Origin: Patescibacteria group bacterium
GTDB lineage: Bacteria > Patescibacteriota > Patescibacteriia > Magasanikbacterales > UBA922
Length of the DNA stretch: 64,000 nucleotides
Direction: 5' to 3'
NCBI GenBank assembly: GCA_018823045.1
Contig: JAHJIX010000002.1
Location: forward strand, 128,846 to 192,845
The position numbers were made by a program, and so were the translations under genes. Shown here piece by piece: positions 27,421-37,392 of this stretch; the stretch's first letter is position 1, and every line of letters begins with the position of its first letter. Below the pieces are notes generated by a model. That model did not search any database, had not been told where the DNA came from, and saw only the letters and a program-made list of their open reading frames with translations.

Positions 27421-28443
27421 ATGGGTTTGAGCCAGTTTGATTTATTTCTGATAGGTTATATGATTATATTTTTATATGGAAAAGATACGTTTCGATCACG
27501 TCGACAATTAAAAAAAATTATTGAAAAATTTAAAGAAGATCGTGATCCACAGGGATATAATGTACATGTTTGTCATGCACATACAACACCTAGTGCAGAT
27601 GTTTGGGAACAATTATTTGCTTCTCCTTTTTTGTCTGAAAAGCGCCTAGTTATATTAGAGGGGTTTTTAGCAAAAGGAGATGTGGACATGCTTGAGCGTT
27701 TGTCTGTGTATATAGAAAAAAAAGAACTACCACCTTCTACGATTGTTGTTTTTTGGGAAGACGGTAGTGTTTACAAGAAAAAAGTTGTAAAAGCTCTATA
27801 TGTTCGTTTACAACAAGAGCCATATGCACAGGAGTTTGCATTAATGGGCCCTGTGGAGGTTGAAGGGTGGTTGGCTGCAGAAATTACAAGTGGGGGTGCA
27901 CATATCGATCGAGATGCATTACATTTTTTATCTAAAAATGCGGGGGATGACTTGTGGTATTTACAGGGGGTTATTGAGCAGTGTATTGCTCATGCTTGTG
28001 ATAGGGTTGGTGAAAGACGGCCAATTAGCCTTGCTGATGTGCGTTTATTTGTTGATCAACGGATAGATGATAATATTTTTAATCTTGTTGATGCTATTGT
28101 GGCCCAAAATGTGAAGCATGCTTTTTTTATGATTGAAGAGCAATATCGTATAGGAAAGGATTCATTGTATATTTTTGCTATGTTACTTCGTCAGTTTCGT
28201 ATTTTATTGCAAATGAGAGATCTATATGAGCGCGAAGACGTCTCTTCAAGTAAAGAAATGGCGGGCTTATTAGGGATTCACCCGTTTGTTGCTAAAAAAA
28301 GTTTATCTGCGATGCGTGGTTATACGATGAAGCGCTTGCAAGAGGTTTACACCGCTCTGCTTCAACTAGATATAGCTATTAAGCGTGGTGGTGGCAAACC
28401 AAAAGCCCTTCTTGATGTATTTGTTTCTCAAATATCTGTATAA
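27421..28443 (+). CDS. holA: DNA polymerase III delta subunit
   Basis: Contains IFLYGKDTF, a motif typical of HolA. The central region has DNIFNLVDAI...LRQFRILLQMR, and the C-terminus has IHPFVAKK. The true start may be the internal ATG near 27460. Confidence 0.7.
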   Translation: MGLSQFDLFLIGYMIIFLYGKDTFRSRRQLKKIIEKFKEDRDPQGYNVHVCHAHTTPSADVWEQLFASPFLSEKRLVILEGFLAKGDVDMLERLSVYIEKKELPPSTIVVFWEDGSVYKKKVVKALYVRLQQEPYAQEFALMGPVEVEGWLAAEITSGGAHIDRDALHFLSKNAGDDLWYLQGVIEQCIAHACDRVGERRPISLADVRLFVDQRIDDNIFNLVDAIVAQNVKHAFFMIEEQYRIGKDSLYIFAMLLRQFRILLQMRDLYEREDVSSSKEMAGLLGIHPFVAKKSLSAMRGYTMKRLQEVYTALLQLDIAIKRGGGKPKALLDVFVSQISV

Positions 28444-28506
28444 TTTGAGTATACTAGTGTATACAAAAAGACCACTATAATAAAGTGGTCTTTTTAATTT
28501 AATATA

Positions 28507-28770
28507 TTATTTTTTTGCAGCGTTGACTTTTTTCATCAGACGAGAAAATTTTCGTGCTGCTGTGTTTGGTTTGATAATGCCTTTTTTTGCTGCTTTATCA
28601 ATCTTTTTTTGTGCGAGTTGCACTTTTGCGGTGATATCCGCCTCTTCATTTTTAATCGCCTTTGTTACGTCTTTCATTGCTTTTCTAAAGGCATCTTTTA
28701 CTTCTTTGTTTGCTGCGGCGTGTTTGATTGATTGTCGGAGTGCTTTTTTTGCATTATTCTTATTTGGCAT
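28507..28770 (-). CDS. rpsT: 30S ribosomal protein S20
   Basis: MPNKNNAKKALRQSIKHAAANKEVKDAFRKAMKDV aligns with the S20 N-terminus. The start is taken at the ATG at 28770 rather than the longer ORF beginning at 28899. Confidence 0.85.
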   Translation of the reverse strand: MPNKNNAKKALRQSIKHAAANKEVKDAFRKAMKDVTKAIKNEEADITAKVQLAQKKIDKAAKKGIIKPNTAARKFSRLMKKVNAAKK

Positions 28771-28885
28771 AAAATATCTAAAGTATATAACAATATGTTG
28801 ATGATGCGGGGGTTTATGCATCAAGTCAACGTCATTGTGTGAGAGAGTGTTGTCAGTATAGTGCAAAAAAAACTTTTTGTCAAGC

Positions 28886-30001
28886 CTATTTGTCCTCAAA
28901 TAAGGGCTTTTCTACTTCTTCTGTGTTAATACTCTTCTTTCCTTTTGTGATTTTAATGACATCTTTATCAATTTTACCCAGTTCTTTGTAGGCCGTATTG
29001 TAATGGTTTACTGTTGTTGTCATACTTTTTCCAAGGCGAAGCATAAATTCGTCATATGCTTTGATATGTTTTCCAAGAAGTTCCACATTTTGTTCAATTT
29101 CTTTGGCATTTTCTTCTATTTTTAGTGCGCGAAGTCCCTGAAGTACTGTTTGAAGGTATGCTGCAAATGTTGTTGGCGACACAATAATTACTTTTTTTTC
29201 TCGAAAGGCATAATCAATAAGATTGCGTGTATTTACCTTTACTGCGCCAATTTCGTTGACAAGCAGGTCATAATAGATGGCTTCTGCTGGAATAAACATA
29301 AAGGCAAATTCCATAGTTCCCTCTTTTGTTTTTATATACTTTCCAGTTTCATCAATCCGTTTTTTTAAATCATTTTTAAATTCTTTTTCTAGCTTCTTTT
29401 TTTCAATTTTGTCTGTTTCGTTTAAAATTCTATTATAATTATCTAAAGAAAATTTTGCATCGACGGGTATAATGCCATCTTTGGTAAAAATAGCTGCATC
29501 AACAATGTCACCATCTTCAAAAGCATATTGCATCTTATAAGTCGTGGGTGGAAGCATGTTTTCTAGCACGAGTTGCAAGCCTGCTTCTCCGAGGTTTCCT
29601 CTGTTTTTCTGGTTAGTTAAGACCTTTTCTAGGTTGTTGAGTTGTTCTGAAAAGCCAATAACTTGTTGGTTTGTACGATCGAGGTGGGTGAGTTTTTCAG
29701 TGATTTTTTCAATCATATCACTGCTTTTTTGGGAGAGTCCGTTGATCATTCGTGTGTTTTGGGAGTATTGTTCTTGGATAGTTGTGTGGATATGCTGTTG
29801 TGTTTTATTCATGTATTGCAGGCTATCTCCCATCTTTTGATCAAGATTTTGGGTGAGAGACTGCATTTGTTGTTGTAAAAGCATTAATCCATCGGGTGAA
29901 TTATGTTGTCCTAATTTTTTTATTTTAGCCAACAATATTAATACAAGTGCCGAAAGTCCCAATGTAACACAGATAATAAAGACAAGAAGAATGTTTTGCA
30001 T
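28886..30001 (-). CDS. rmuC: DNA recombination protein RmuC
   Basis: N-terminal TM helix plus coiled coil, with the conserved RmuC core NRGNLGEAGLQLVLENMLPP...YKMQYAF...DGIIPVDAKFSLDNY. Confidence 0.85.
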   Translation of the reverse strand: MQNILLVFIICVTLGLSALVLILLAKIKKLGQHNSPDGLMLLQQQMQSLTQNLDQKMGDSLQYMNKTQQHIHTTIQEQYSQNTRMINGLSQKSSDMIEKITEKLTHLDRTNQQVIGFSEQLNNLEKVLTNQKNRGNLGEAGLQLVLENMLPPTTYKMQYAFEDGDIVDAAIFTKDGIIPVDAKFSLDNYNRILNETDKIEKKKLEKEFKNDLKKRIDETGKYIKTKEGTMEFAFMFIPAEAIYYDLLVNEIGAVKVNTRNLIDYAFREKKVIIVSPTTFAAYLQTVLQGLRALKIEENAKEIEQNVELLGKHIKAYDEFMLRLGKSMTTTVNHYNTAYKELGKIDKDVIKITKGKKSINTEEVEKPLFEDK

Positions 30002-30124
30002 AGTTGTCAGATAGATATAATCTATGATAGTATAGCATGGTTTGGGGCAATATTTAAGTATGAGAGGTATTTGCCTGCTCGTTTGTTCATTTTACGACAA
30101 GTAAATATCGCTAAAATAGGGTAA

Positions 30125-30196
30125 GTCCGCATAGTTTAATGGATAAAACAAAAACCTCCTAAGTTTTAGATCCAGGTTCGATTCCCGGTGTGGACA
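30125..30196 (+). tRNA. tRNA-Arg (anticodon CCT)
   Basis: Hand fold gives acceptor stem GTCCGCA/TGTGGAC with one G-T pair, D-stem GTTT/AAAC, and anticodon stem AAAAC/GTTTT with loop CTCCTAA. The T-arm CCAGG-TTCGATT-CCCGG has one A-C mismatch. CCA is not encoded. Confidence 0.6.
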
Positions 30197-30208
30197 CAAT
30201 TTAACATT

Positions 30209-30230
30209 GAATGTTTCATGTGAAACATTC
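30209..30230. promoter_or_regulatory. Palindrome GAATGTTTCA-TG-TGAAACATTC (copy 1)
   Basis: Perfect 10-bp arms. A second copy, TTGTTTCATGTGAAACATTG, lies at 30367-30386 and shares the 18-nt core TGTTTCATGTGAAACATT. Confidence 0.5.
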
Positions 30231-30366
30231 TCTTGACACAATTTATTTCTAGAGGGATCTAACTTTTTGGGAATTTTTTATTTGTCTTTAAAAAATGTTT
30301 TTTTGAATTGTATGTATGGATCATTGCTGTTATTTTGTGTAAAACAATATCTTGTTTGTATTAGAG

Positions 30367-30386
30367 TTGTTTCATGTGAAACATTG
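30367..30386. promoter_or_regulatory. Palindrome TGTTTCATGTGAAACA (copy 2), followed by a T-rich tract
   Basis: Same core as copy 1. The downstream GTTTTTCTG allows a terminator-like reading. Confidence 0.45.
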
Positions 30387-30540
30387 TTTTTCTGCTTTCC
30401 TTTGGTGATAGTTTTATTTTTTGAGCCGCATGAGGTATTTTTTTGTATACACTAATTTGATGAGTTGTATCGTGTGTGTAACTCATAAAAAGTCGCTTAC
30501 TAAGGGTAAACAAAAAGTTATGCACAATATATAAACATAA

Positions 30541-30558
30541 GGGGATAACTTATCCACA
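30541..30558. promoter_or_regulatory. DnaA-box-like inverted pair GGGGATAAC-TTATCCACA
   Basis: A perfect TTATCCACA at 30550-30558, abutted by an inverted near-match GGGGATAA. Confidence 0.45.
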
Positions 30559-30721
30559 GGGTTACAACCTCTAATCTAAGTTGTTTTTTTGTTGCAATTT
30601 ACCTTATTTTGTTTTTTTGCTCTTATTAGGGTGGTTTTATTAATTGTCGTACAATATTATATATATTGACAAAACAAATTAAAATAGGTATTGTAAGTAT
30701 ATAACTTTTTAATATAACTAT

Positions 30722-31468
30722 ATGGGATTTATTATGCCAATTTTGTTTGTTATTGGTTTTGTCCTAATTATTAGCATTAGGCAAGTTGAGCAATATGAAC
30801 GAGGGGTTAAATTTCAGTTTGGTCGTTTTACTCGCATGGTAGAACCCGGTTGGCGTATTATTTTGCCTGTTATTCAAAGTATGATGAAGGTAGATATGCG
30901 TGTAAAAGCAGTAGATGTTCCATTTCAAGAAGCAATTACACGAGATAATGTCTCTGCAAAAATTAATGCGGTTATCTATTATAAAGTACAAGATGCACCA
31001 AAAGCAGTGCTTGAGGTAGAAAATTTTGGTTTTGCGGTAAGTCAACTTGCACAAACAACAATGAGAAATGTGGCTGGTGAGTTAGAATTAGATGAATTAC
31101 TTGCAAATCGTGATCAAGCAGCAAAAAAGATTAAAGAAATTGTAGACGCGGCAACTGATCCATGGGGGATTAGTGTTGATAGTGTTAAATTGAAAGATGT
31201 TATTTTACCAGATGACATGCAACGTGTGATTGCAAAACAAGCTGAGGCTGAGCGAGAAAGACGTGCGGTTATTATTAAATCAGAGGGTGAAGTTGAGGCG
31301 GCAACAAATCTTGCACAAGCAGCAGCCTTGCTTCATGCGCAACCTGGTTCTTTGCACTTGCGTACATTAAATACTTTAAATGATTTAAGCTCAGATCAAT
31401 CAAATACAGTGATCTTTGCTGTACCACTTGAGGTATTGCGTGCAATGGAAAATATAGGACAAAGATAA
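30722..31468 (+). CDS. SPFH/band-7 (stomatin-like) domain protein
   Basis: N-terminal TM segment followed by a band-7 core (RDNVSAKINAVIYYKV, ...TTMRNVAGELELDELL...) and an AEAERE-rich coiled coil. Confidence 0.85.
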   Translation: MGFIMPILFVIGFVLIISIRQVEQYERGVKFQFGRFTRMVEPGWRIILPVIQSMMKVDMRVKAVDVPFQEAITRDNVSAKINAVIYYKVQDAPKAVLEVENFGFAVSQLAQTTMRNVAGELELDELLANRDQAAKKIKEIVDAATDPWGISVDSVKLKDVILPDDMQRVIAKQAEAERERRAVIIKSEGEVEAATNLAQAAALLHAQPGSLHLRTLNTLNDLSSDQSNTVIFAVPLEVLRAMENIGQR

Positions 31469-31585
31469 TCATGAAATTGAGCAAAAAAACACTGGAAACG
31501 GTGTTTTTTTCTTTGGAGTGTATTGACAAATGTATTCTTTTTTATTATAATTATTTCTGTTAGTATAAATGAAGGCCCCCATCGG

Positions 31586-31661
31586 GGTGGCTATGGTATA
31601 ATGGTTATTACTTCGGTTTGTGGTACCGACAATACGGGTTCAATTCCCGTTAGCCACCCCA
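31586..31661 (+). tRNA. tRNA-His (anticodon GTG) with G-1 and encoded CCA
   Basis: An 8-bp acceptor stem including the G-1:C73 pair (GGTGGCTA/TAGCCACC), anticodon stem TCGGT/ACCGA with loop TTGTGGT, and T-arm ACGGG-TTCAATT-CCCGT. Confidence 0.8.
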
Positions 31662-31674
31662 ATTGGGGTCTTCT

Positions 31675-31710
31675 ACAAAAAACAACTCAATTAGTGGGTT
31701 GTTTTTTGTT
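31675..31710 (+). terminator. Intrinsic terminator after tRNA-His (AAAAACAAC...GTTGTTTTTT)
   Basis: A 10-bp stem with an 11-nt loop, followed by a T6 tract. Confidence 0.55.
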
Positions 31711-32055
31711 ATTAGTATTTAATTATAAAAAATATCCCCGTATGTCGGAGGCTAACAAGCATATAAGGTGTATGGGGTTGCACAATATCTGTGGGGCATT
31801 TGCTTGCTCCACGGTGTTTTTAAAGATGTGGAATTGAGTGTGCACATTCAATTTTGAGGATTTCTTTTTTTGACAAGAGTTTTTTCTTTGTGTGTATTTA
31901 AAGGGTGATGATTTCCGTCTATTGTTTAGACTGGAGGGAATGAAAGATTCATTCTTAATAAATATATCTGCACAAAAGTGTCACTTTTTCAATCATATCT
32001 CTTTCATTTTTCCAATATTCCTGTATACTAAATACACAAAGAATAATATTATCTT

Positions 32056-33177
32056 ATGACAAAAAAGAAAAAATTGTTAATTGTATCTGTTTCTGCGGGT
32101 GCTGGGCATGTGCAAGCAGCGCGTGCTATTGAAGAAACGGCAAAAGCGCAATATGAAAAAGAATATATTGTAGAGTATGTTGACCTCATGGATTATGTGA
32201 GCCCAGCACTTAAAAAAGCGATTGTTGATGCATATGGGTTTATTATCAAAAATGCGCCAAATGTATGGCAGTATATTTATAAAAAAACAGATAATGCTGA
32301 TCGATTAAAACGAACGGATAGTTTGATGAAACGTGTCAATCAGCTCACAGCAAGACGTTTTTACACATTGCTTGATTCATTTCAGCCAGATCATATTGTG
32401 TGTACTCATTCTTTCCCGGCACAGGTTGTTCAGCAATCAAAAAATAGAGAACATCATTATATTCCAATCTCTCTTGTTGTTACAGATTATGGTTGGCATT
32501 CATATTGGATTTTGCAAGATATTAGTAATTATTTTGTTGCAACAGAAAAAATGAAATGGGAAATGATGTATCATAAAATTCCAACTCCAGTATATGTTAC
32601 GGGCATTCCTGTTCGTCCTGTGTTTTTTGAAAAGAAATCAACAGAGCAATTAAAAAAGAAATATAATATTTCTCTTAAAGAAAAAGTAATTCTTGTGTTA
32701 TCTGGTGGGCAAGGCTTAGGGGCAAGTGATGAGGTAGTGAAATATATTGACAGTCACAATGCATTTGATGGTGCGCGTGTTATTGTGGTTGCTGGGAGTA
32801 ATAAAATATTATTTAATAAATTAAAAAAATTAGAAGATAAAATGAAACATATTCATTTGGGTGTTGTTGGTTGGACAGAAGACATGGATGAATATATGCG
32901 CATGGCAGATGTGATTGTTTCAAAACCGGGCGGAAGTACAACGAGTGAATGTATGGTTCTTCAAAAACCACTTATTGCGATGAACCCAATTCCTGGGCAA
33001 GAAGAGTGTAACGCTTTTCATATTGTAGAACATGACTTTGGTTATCGTGCTGGGAGTATAGAAGATTTGTTATATTATATTGAAAAAGTTTTTAAACAGA
33101 AGCCGAAGGTTTTTGGAGATAAAAAAAGAATTGCAGCAGAAGAAATATTAAAGATAATAAATAAAAATCTCGACTAA
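32056..33177 (+). CDS. GT28/MGDG-synthase family glycosyltransferase (UgtP-like diacylglycerol glycosyltransferase)
   Basis: N-terminal LLIVSVSAGAGHVQAARAI, central LVVTDYGWHSYWI...YFVATE...VTGIPVRP, and C-terminal SKPGGSTTSECMVLQKPLI. Together these match the UgtP/MGDG synthase pattern. Confidence 0.7.
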   Translation: MTKKKKLLIVSVSAGAGHVQAARAIEETAKAQYEKEYIVEYVDLMDYVSPALKKAIVDAYGFIIKNAPNVWQYIYKKTDNADRLKRTDSLMKRVNQLTARRFYTLLDSFQPDHIVCTHSFPAQVVQQSKNREHHYIPISLVVTDYGWHSYWILQDISNYFVATEKMKWEMMYHKIPTPVYVTGIPVRPVFFEKKSTEQLKKKYNISLKEKVILVLSGGQGLGASDEVVKYIDSHNAFDGARVIVVAGSNKILFNKLKKLEDKMKHIHLGVVGWTEDMDEYMRMADVIVSKPGGSTTSECMVLQKPLIAMNPIPGQEECNAFHIVEHDFGYRAGSIEDLLYYIEKVFKQKPKVFGDKKRIAAEEILKIINKNLD

Positions 33178-33206
33178 GTTGAGATTTTTATTTATTTCTG
33201 ATTCAC

Positions 33207-34157
33207 CTATTTTCCTTCCCAGCGATTGATATAATCAATAGCAGCGAGGGCAGCGGTTGCACCATGGCCAACGGCAATTGAAATTTGTTTATATGGAATG
33301 TTTGTAACATCTCCTGCTGCAAAAATACCAGTACAAGATGTTTGGCAAATATTATTTACCTCAATTTCTCCGCTAGGTAATTTTTTGGGACAATCCACAA
33401 AGTTGGAATTTGGAACCATGCCAACATGAACCATAACACCATTTACTTCAATATCATGGCTTGATTCATCAGTTGTATCTGTATAGCGGATATGGCTAAT
33501 CATATTTTCTCCGAGGAGTGCTTGTGTGTCTGCGTTATAAATGATTTCAACATTTTTCTTTGTTCGTACTTTTTCAATTAAAATATTTTCAGCACGAGGG
33601 AAGCCACCGTTCACTGCATCTTCACCATACTTTGTTACTAAATATACTTTCTTTGCAATTTCACTCATCATGAGCGCTGATTCTACCGCTGCGTTTCCGG
33701 CACCAATAGTTGCTGTCACTTTTCCTTTAAACAATGGACCATCACAAACGGTACAGTAGGTTACGCCTTTTCCTCTGAGCTCTTCTTCACCCTCTACTCC
33801 CAAACTACGTGGATGAATACCACTTGCAATAATCACTGCTTTTGTTTCCCATTGTTTTTCGTTGTTTGCTAAATCTTTTGCATGAACAATGTGGTAATTT
33901 TCTTTTTGTTCAATTTTTGTTACCTCAAGTCCTAATTCTGTCGGGACTTTATATTCCTGAACATGTTTGTGAAATAGTTGTGCAAGCTCAAATCCATTGA
34001 TTTTTGGAACACTCGGCCAATTTTCAACAGATCCTGAAAGAGCTACTTCTCCACCAATATCTTTGGTAATAATCACTGTATCGAGATTTCTTCGTGCTGC
34101 GTAAATTGCGGCTGAAGAGCCAGCGGCTGCTGCGCCAATGATAACTAAATCATGCAT
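33207..34157 (-). CDS. trxB: Thioredoxin-disulfide reductase
   Basis: FAD motif VIIGAAAAGSSAAIYAARR, redox-active CTVCDG, and NADPH motif GAGNAAVESA. Confidence 0.9.
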   Translation of the reverse strand: MHDLVIIGAAAAGSSAAIYAARRNLDTVIITKDIGGEVALSGSVENWPSVPKINGFELAQLFHKHVQEYKVPTELGLEVTKIEQKENYHIVHAKDLANNEKQWETKAVIIASGIHPRSLGVEGEEELRGKGVTYCTVCDGPLFKGKVTATIGAGNAAVESALMMSEIAKKVYLVTKYGEDAVNGGFPRAENILIEKVRTKKNVEIIYNADTQALLGENMISHIRYTDTTDESSHDIEVNGVMVHVGMVPNSNFVDCPKKLPSGEIEVNNICQTSCTGIFAAGDVTNIPYKQISIAVGHGATAALAAIDYINRWEGK

Positions 34158-34189
34158 AATTATGTATTAATAGTTAATGTATAGTCATT

Positions 34190-34849
34190 TTAGCTGATTT
34201 CAGCTTCATCGGTCAAACTGTGTATAACGTCATTCATCTTTTGAATGTTTTCTTTTGGACTTCCTGATTTAAATATTGTACTACCTGGGCATACAATGTC
34301 TGCACCTGCGTGCGCGATATTTTCAATAGTATCCATATTTACTGCCCCATCGACAGAAACAAGGAGTGTTGGGTGTGTTGATTTGAGTGTAAATATTTTT
34401 TCGTTTGTTTTTGGAATAAATGATTGCCCTTGTTTTCCTGGGTGAACGCCCATACACATGACTACATCAATCATATCAACAACAGAGTCAATAACATCTG
34501 GTGCTGTATCTGGATTTAACACCACACCAAGTGACCAGGGCGAATTTGTGAGTTGTGTCAGTGTTTCTTGTATATCATCAACTGATTCGTAGTGAATCAG
34601 TACGCGGGTGACTTGCTCGACGTCTTCCCATTTTTGTAGCTCTTCAAGTGGGTTGGCAACCATTAAGTGCAACTCAACTTCACAGGCAACTTCTTTTGCA
34701 ATTATTTTTGGATCTGCCCAGGTGGTATTATCAACAAATACTCCATCTGCAATATCAAGTTGAATCATTGAAACAGATCCTTCAATTGCCTTGTATTGTG
34801 TTAAAAATGTTTCCTCATCTTGTACAAGGATGCTTGGAATAATTTGCAT
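34190..34849 (-). CDS. rpe: Ribulose-phosphate 3-epimerase
   Basis: Motifs IIPSIL, QLDIADGVFV, HLMV, MGVHPGKQGQSFIP and SVDGAVN...AGADIVCPGSTIF. The start is taken at the ATG at 34849, one nucleotide after the rpiB stop. Confidence 0.85.
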   Translation of the reverse strand: MQIIPSILVQDEETFLTQYKAIEGSVSMIQLDIADGVFVDNTTWADPKIIAKEVACEVELHLMVANPLEELQKWEDVEQVTRVLIHYESVDDIQETLTQLTNSPWSLGVVLNPDTAPDVIDSVVDMIDVVMCMGVHPGKQGQSFIPKTNEKIFTLKSTHPTLLVSVDGAVNMDTIENIAHAGADIVCPGSTIFKSGSPKENIQKMNDVIHSLTDEAEIS

Positions 34850-34850
34850 A

Positions 34851-35306
34851 TTAAATGTTGTCTTCAATTTTTTGTAAACGGCGAACATGGCGCTCTTCTT
34901 TTGAAAATTCACTTTGTAGCCAACGCTCTACGACATGCATCGCATGGTCTTCAGATAAATGATCAGCTGCTAAACAAAGTATGTTTGTGTTGTCATCTTT
35001 CATCATGCTTTCTGCTGCAGGAATATTGTATCCGATGCCTGCACGAATGCCCGCAACCTTATTGCTTGCAATACAAACACCAACACCATTGCGACAAATA
35101 ACAATGCCGCGCACATCTTCTTCTGCCACTTTTTTAGCGAGAGGAAGTACATAATCGGGGTAATCATCTGTTTCGGTATATTCTGTTGGTCCCATGTCTA
35201 CAATATCTCTCTTTAGTTCGTTTTGAACATAACGAACCAAACGGCGTTTAAGTTGGTATCCTCCATGGTCAGAGGCAATATACAATAGTCCTTCGTACAT
35301 ATACAA
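34851..35306 (-). CDS. rpiB: Ribose-5-phosphate isomerase B (RpiB/LacA/LacB family)
   Basis: IASDHGGYQLK, CRNGVGVCIASNK and LAADHLSEDHA match RpiB motifs. Confidence 0.85.
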   Translation of the reverse strand: MYMYEGLLYIASDHGGYQLKRRLVRYVQNELKRDIVDMGPTEYTETDDYPDYVLPLAKKVAEEDVRGIVICRNGVGVCIASNKVAGIRAGIGYNIPAAESMMKDDNTNILCLAADHLSEDHAMHVVERWLQSEFSKEERHVRRLQKIEDNI

Positions 35307-35397
35307 ACAGTTACAAGTAATTATTTGTATTATAGCAGGTTATTATGGTGGGGGGAAACTCCTTGACAAAAAGCCTCCTCTTTTGGAGGTTGCTTTT

Positions 35398-36084
35398 TTA
35401 TTTTATCAGTTTAAAAATAATAAAATCCTTAATTTTGCATCCATTTAATTTATATTCAGAGGTATAGATTGTGTCTTTGAGGGTTAGTCCTATCTCTTTA
35501 TATACATTTTCATACCACTCAATAGGGCGGTGATTTTCTATAATTTGGTAGCCACCTTCTTTTTTTGTTTTTATGTAGCTATGATTTTTTTCGTATGGTT
35601 GATTTGGTTTTGGGCGTAAATCTAAATTTGTCTCTGGAATGTTAAGTAATTTTGGATTACAGAAACCAATATATGCAACACCCTTTTTATTTAGTGTGTT
35701 TTTAATGTTAGTAACAATTCTTTTTACTTCATCCTCATTTACAATGCAGAGCACAAGATTACATATTACGAAATCAAAGTAGTTAGATGGAATTTCATCA
35801 ACGGTTTTATATATATTATTAATCCCAATTTTTTCAGCAGCTTGTTTTCTAAAATACTCTGAAATATCGTACTCTTTTACTTTTGCTCCAAGTTTTTTTA
35901 AGGCTGTAAGTAATACTCCAGGACCTCCGCCATAGTCGAGCACCTTCTTTTTGTTAATATTACCAAGAAGTGGAATGATTGTATTGTCATAGAAGGCCAG
36001 TTTAATTTTTTCAGCCTCTAATTCTTTTGATACTTCAGCCCATTTTTCTTGGTTTGCAATTAATTTTAAATTTTGATTAGTCAT
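35398..36084 (-). CDS. Class I SAM-dependent methyltransferase
   Basis: SAM-binding motif VLDYGGGPGVLL and the acidic loop KEYDISE. Confidence 0.7.
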   Translation of the reverse strand: MTNQNLKLIANQEKWAEVSKELEAEKIKLAFYDNTIIPLLGNINKKKVLDYGGGPGVLLTALKKLGAKVKEYDISEYFRKQAAEKIGINNIYKTVDEIPSNYFDFVICNLVLCIVNEDEVKRIVTNIKNTLNKKGVAYIGFCNPKLLNIPETNLDLRPKPNQPYEKNHSYIKTKKEGGYQIIENHRPIEWYENVYKEIGLTLKDTIYTSEYKLNGCKIKDFIIFKLIK

Positions 36085-36096
36085 AATTTTAATTAG

Positions 36097-37392
36097 TTAT
36101 AAAGATATACTTAATAAAAGTAATATAGTTGAAGCAAGCAAATATGGATTTACTTTTTTCCATTCTCCACGAGTGATTTGTAGAATAATAAATAATCCAA
36201 ATCCAACAAGCATTGCCTTATCTAGTCCGAAAGTCCATATTGTTGCTGGAATCATCGTTCCAACTACAACAATGTCTGTCCAATGATACGTTTTCAGGTC
36301 TTTTTTGGTTGGCAACAGTGTTGATCCAACAAAAAGTAAGGCACCTGTTGTGGCAACTACTGGTACTAAATTGATAAGTGGTGTAAGGAGTAAGAAAAAT
36401 AACATTAAGATTCCGCTTACAACTGCTGTCAGTCCAGTTCTGCCGCCTTCACCGATTCCAACCGCACTTTCAACATAGGTTGTTACGTTTGTTGTGCCAA
36501 GCATAGAGCCTATAATAGTGGCCCCACCGTCAATAGTCAGGGCTTCTTTCATTTTTGGCATATTGCCTTTTTTATCAACCATTGTTGTGTTTCGAGTAAG
36601 GCCTATAAATTTTGCAATACTGCCGTAAAAGTCAATGATGAAAAGGATTAGAATGACACTTATAATTTTAGTATTGAAAATAACACTAAGATTGAATGCG
36701 AATGTTCCACTTAGCATTTCTTTTGAGACTTTTACGGGTTCTATAATTTCACCAATTCCAAGTAAATGAGCAACAACAGAGGCAATAATAATTGAAATTA
36801 AAATTGTTCCTTTTACCTTGAAACGGCGCAATACAAGAGTAATAATTAGTCCAATGTAAAAAACATAAGCTTCTGGTGAATTTAAAAGCCCAAGGCCTTT
36901 AATCTGTATACCTTCGTAAGCAAGAATACCACTAACCTTTAGGGCAATAAGCATTAGAAAAACACCAACAGAAGCAGCAAGACCAGATTTTAATTTGTCA
37001 GGGATTGCTTTGATAATTTGTTCGCGAATGTGTAAAAAGTTGATTACCAACATTACGACTCCAGACCAAAATACAGCCCCAAGTGCGTCTTGCCAGACAA
37101 ATCCAAGTGTTCCTACTACGATAAAGGCAACGTATGCGTTCATTTCTAATCCTGGAGCAAGTGAAAAAGGTTTGTTTGCCCAGAGCCCCATAATGATTGT
37201 TGCCAATGAAGAAACAATAACAGTAGCAAAAAAAACTACACTTTTGTTAATTCCTGCTTCAGATAAAATTGTTGGATTAACTACAAAAATGTAGGACAAA
37301 GATAAGAATGTAGATAGTCCTGCGAGGATTTCAATTTTCCAAGTAGATCCAAGTTGTTTAAAATCAAAATAGTTCTCAATTTTTTGTATCAT
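36097..37392 (-). CDS. NCS2 family nucleobase permease (AzgA/PbuG-like purine permease)
   Basis: A 12-TM protein. The N-terminus FDFKQLGSTWKIEILAGLSTFLSLSYIFVVNP matches the AzgA/PbuG signature. Confidence 0.7.
   Translation of the reverse strand: MIQKIENYFDFKQLGSTWKIEILAGLSTFLSLSYIFVVNPTILSEAGINKSVVFFATVIVSSLATIIMGLWANKPFSLAPGLEMNAYVAFIVVGTLGFVWQDALGAVFWSGVVMLVINFLHIREQIIKAIPDKLKSGLAASVGVFLMLIALKVSGILAYEGIQIKGLGLLNSPEAYVFYIGLIITLVLRRFKVKGTILISIIIASVVAHLLGIGEIIEPVKVSKEMLSGTFAFNLSVIFNTKIISVILILFIIDFYGSIAKFIGLTRNTTMVDKKGNMPKMKEALTIDGGATIIGSMLGTTNVTTYVESAVGIGEGGRTGLTAVVSGILMLFFLLLTPLINLVPVVATTGALLFVGSTLLPTKKDLKTYHWTDIVVVGTMIPATIWTFGLDKAMLVGFGLFIILQITRGEWKKVNPYLLASTILLLLSISL

Noticed and set aside
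30267-30455. 62-aa Cys/Phe-rich ORF between the two palindromes
   Set aside because: Its composition reflects T-rich DNA. It overlaps the palindromic elements and has no support.
31523-31837. 104-aa ORF spanning tRNA-His
   Set aside because: It covers a canonical tRNA-His, including the G-1 and CCA features, and its terminator. It is spurious.
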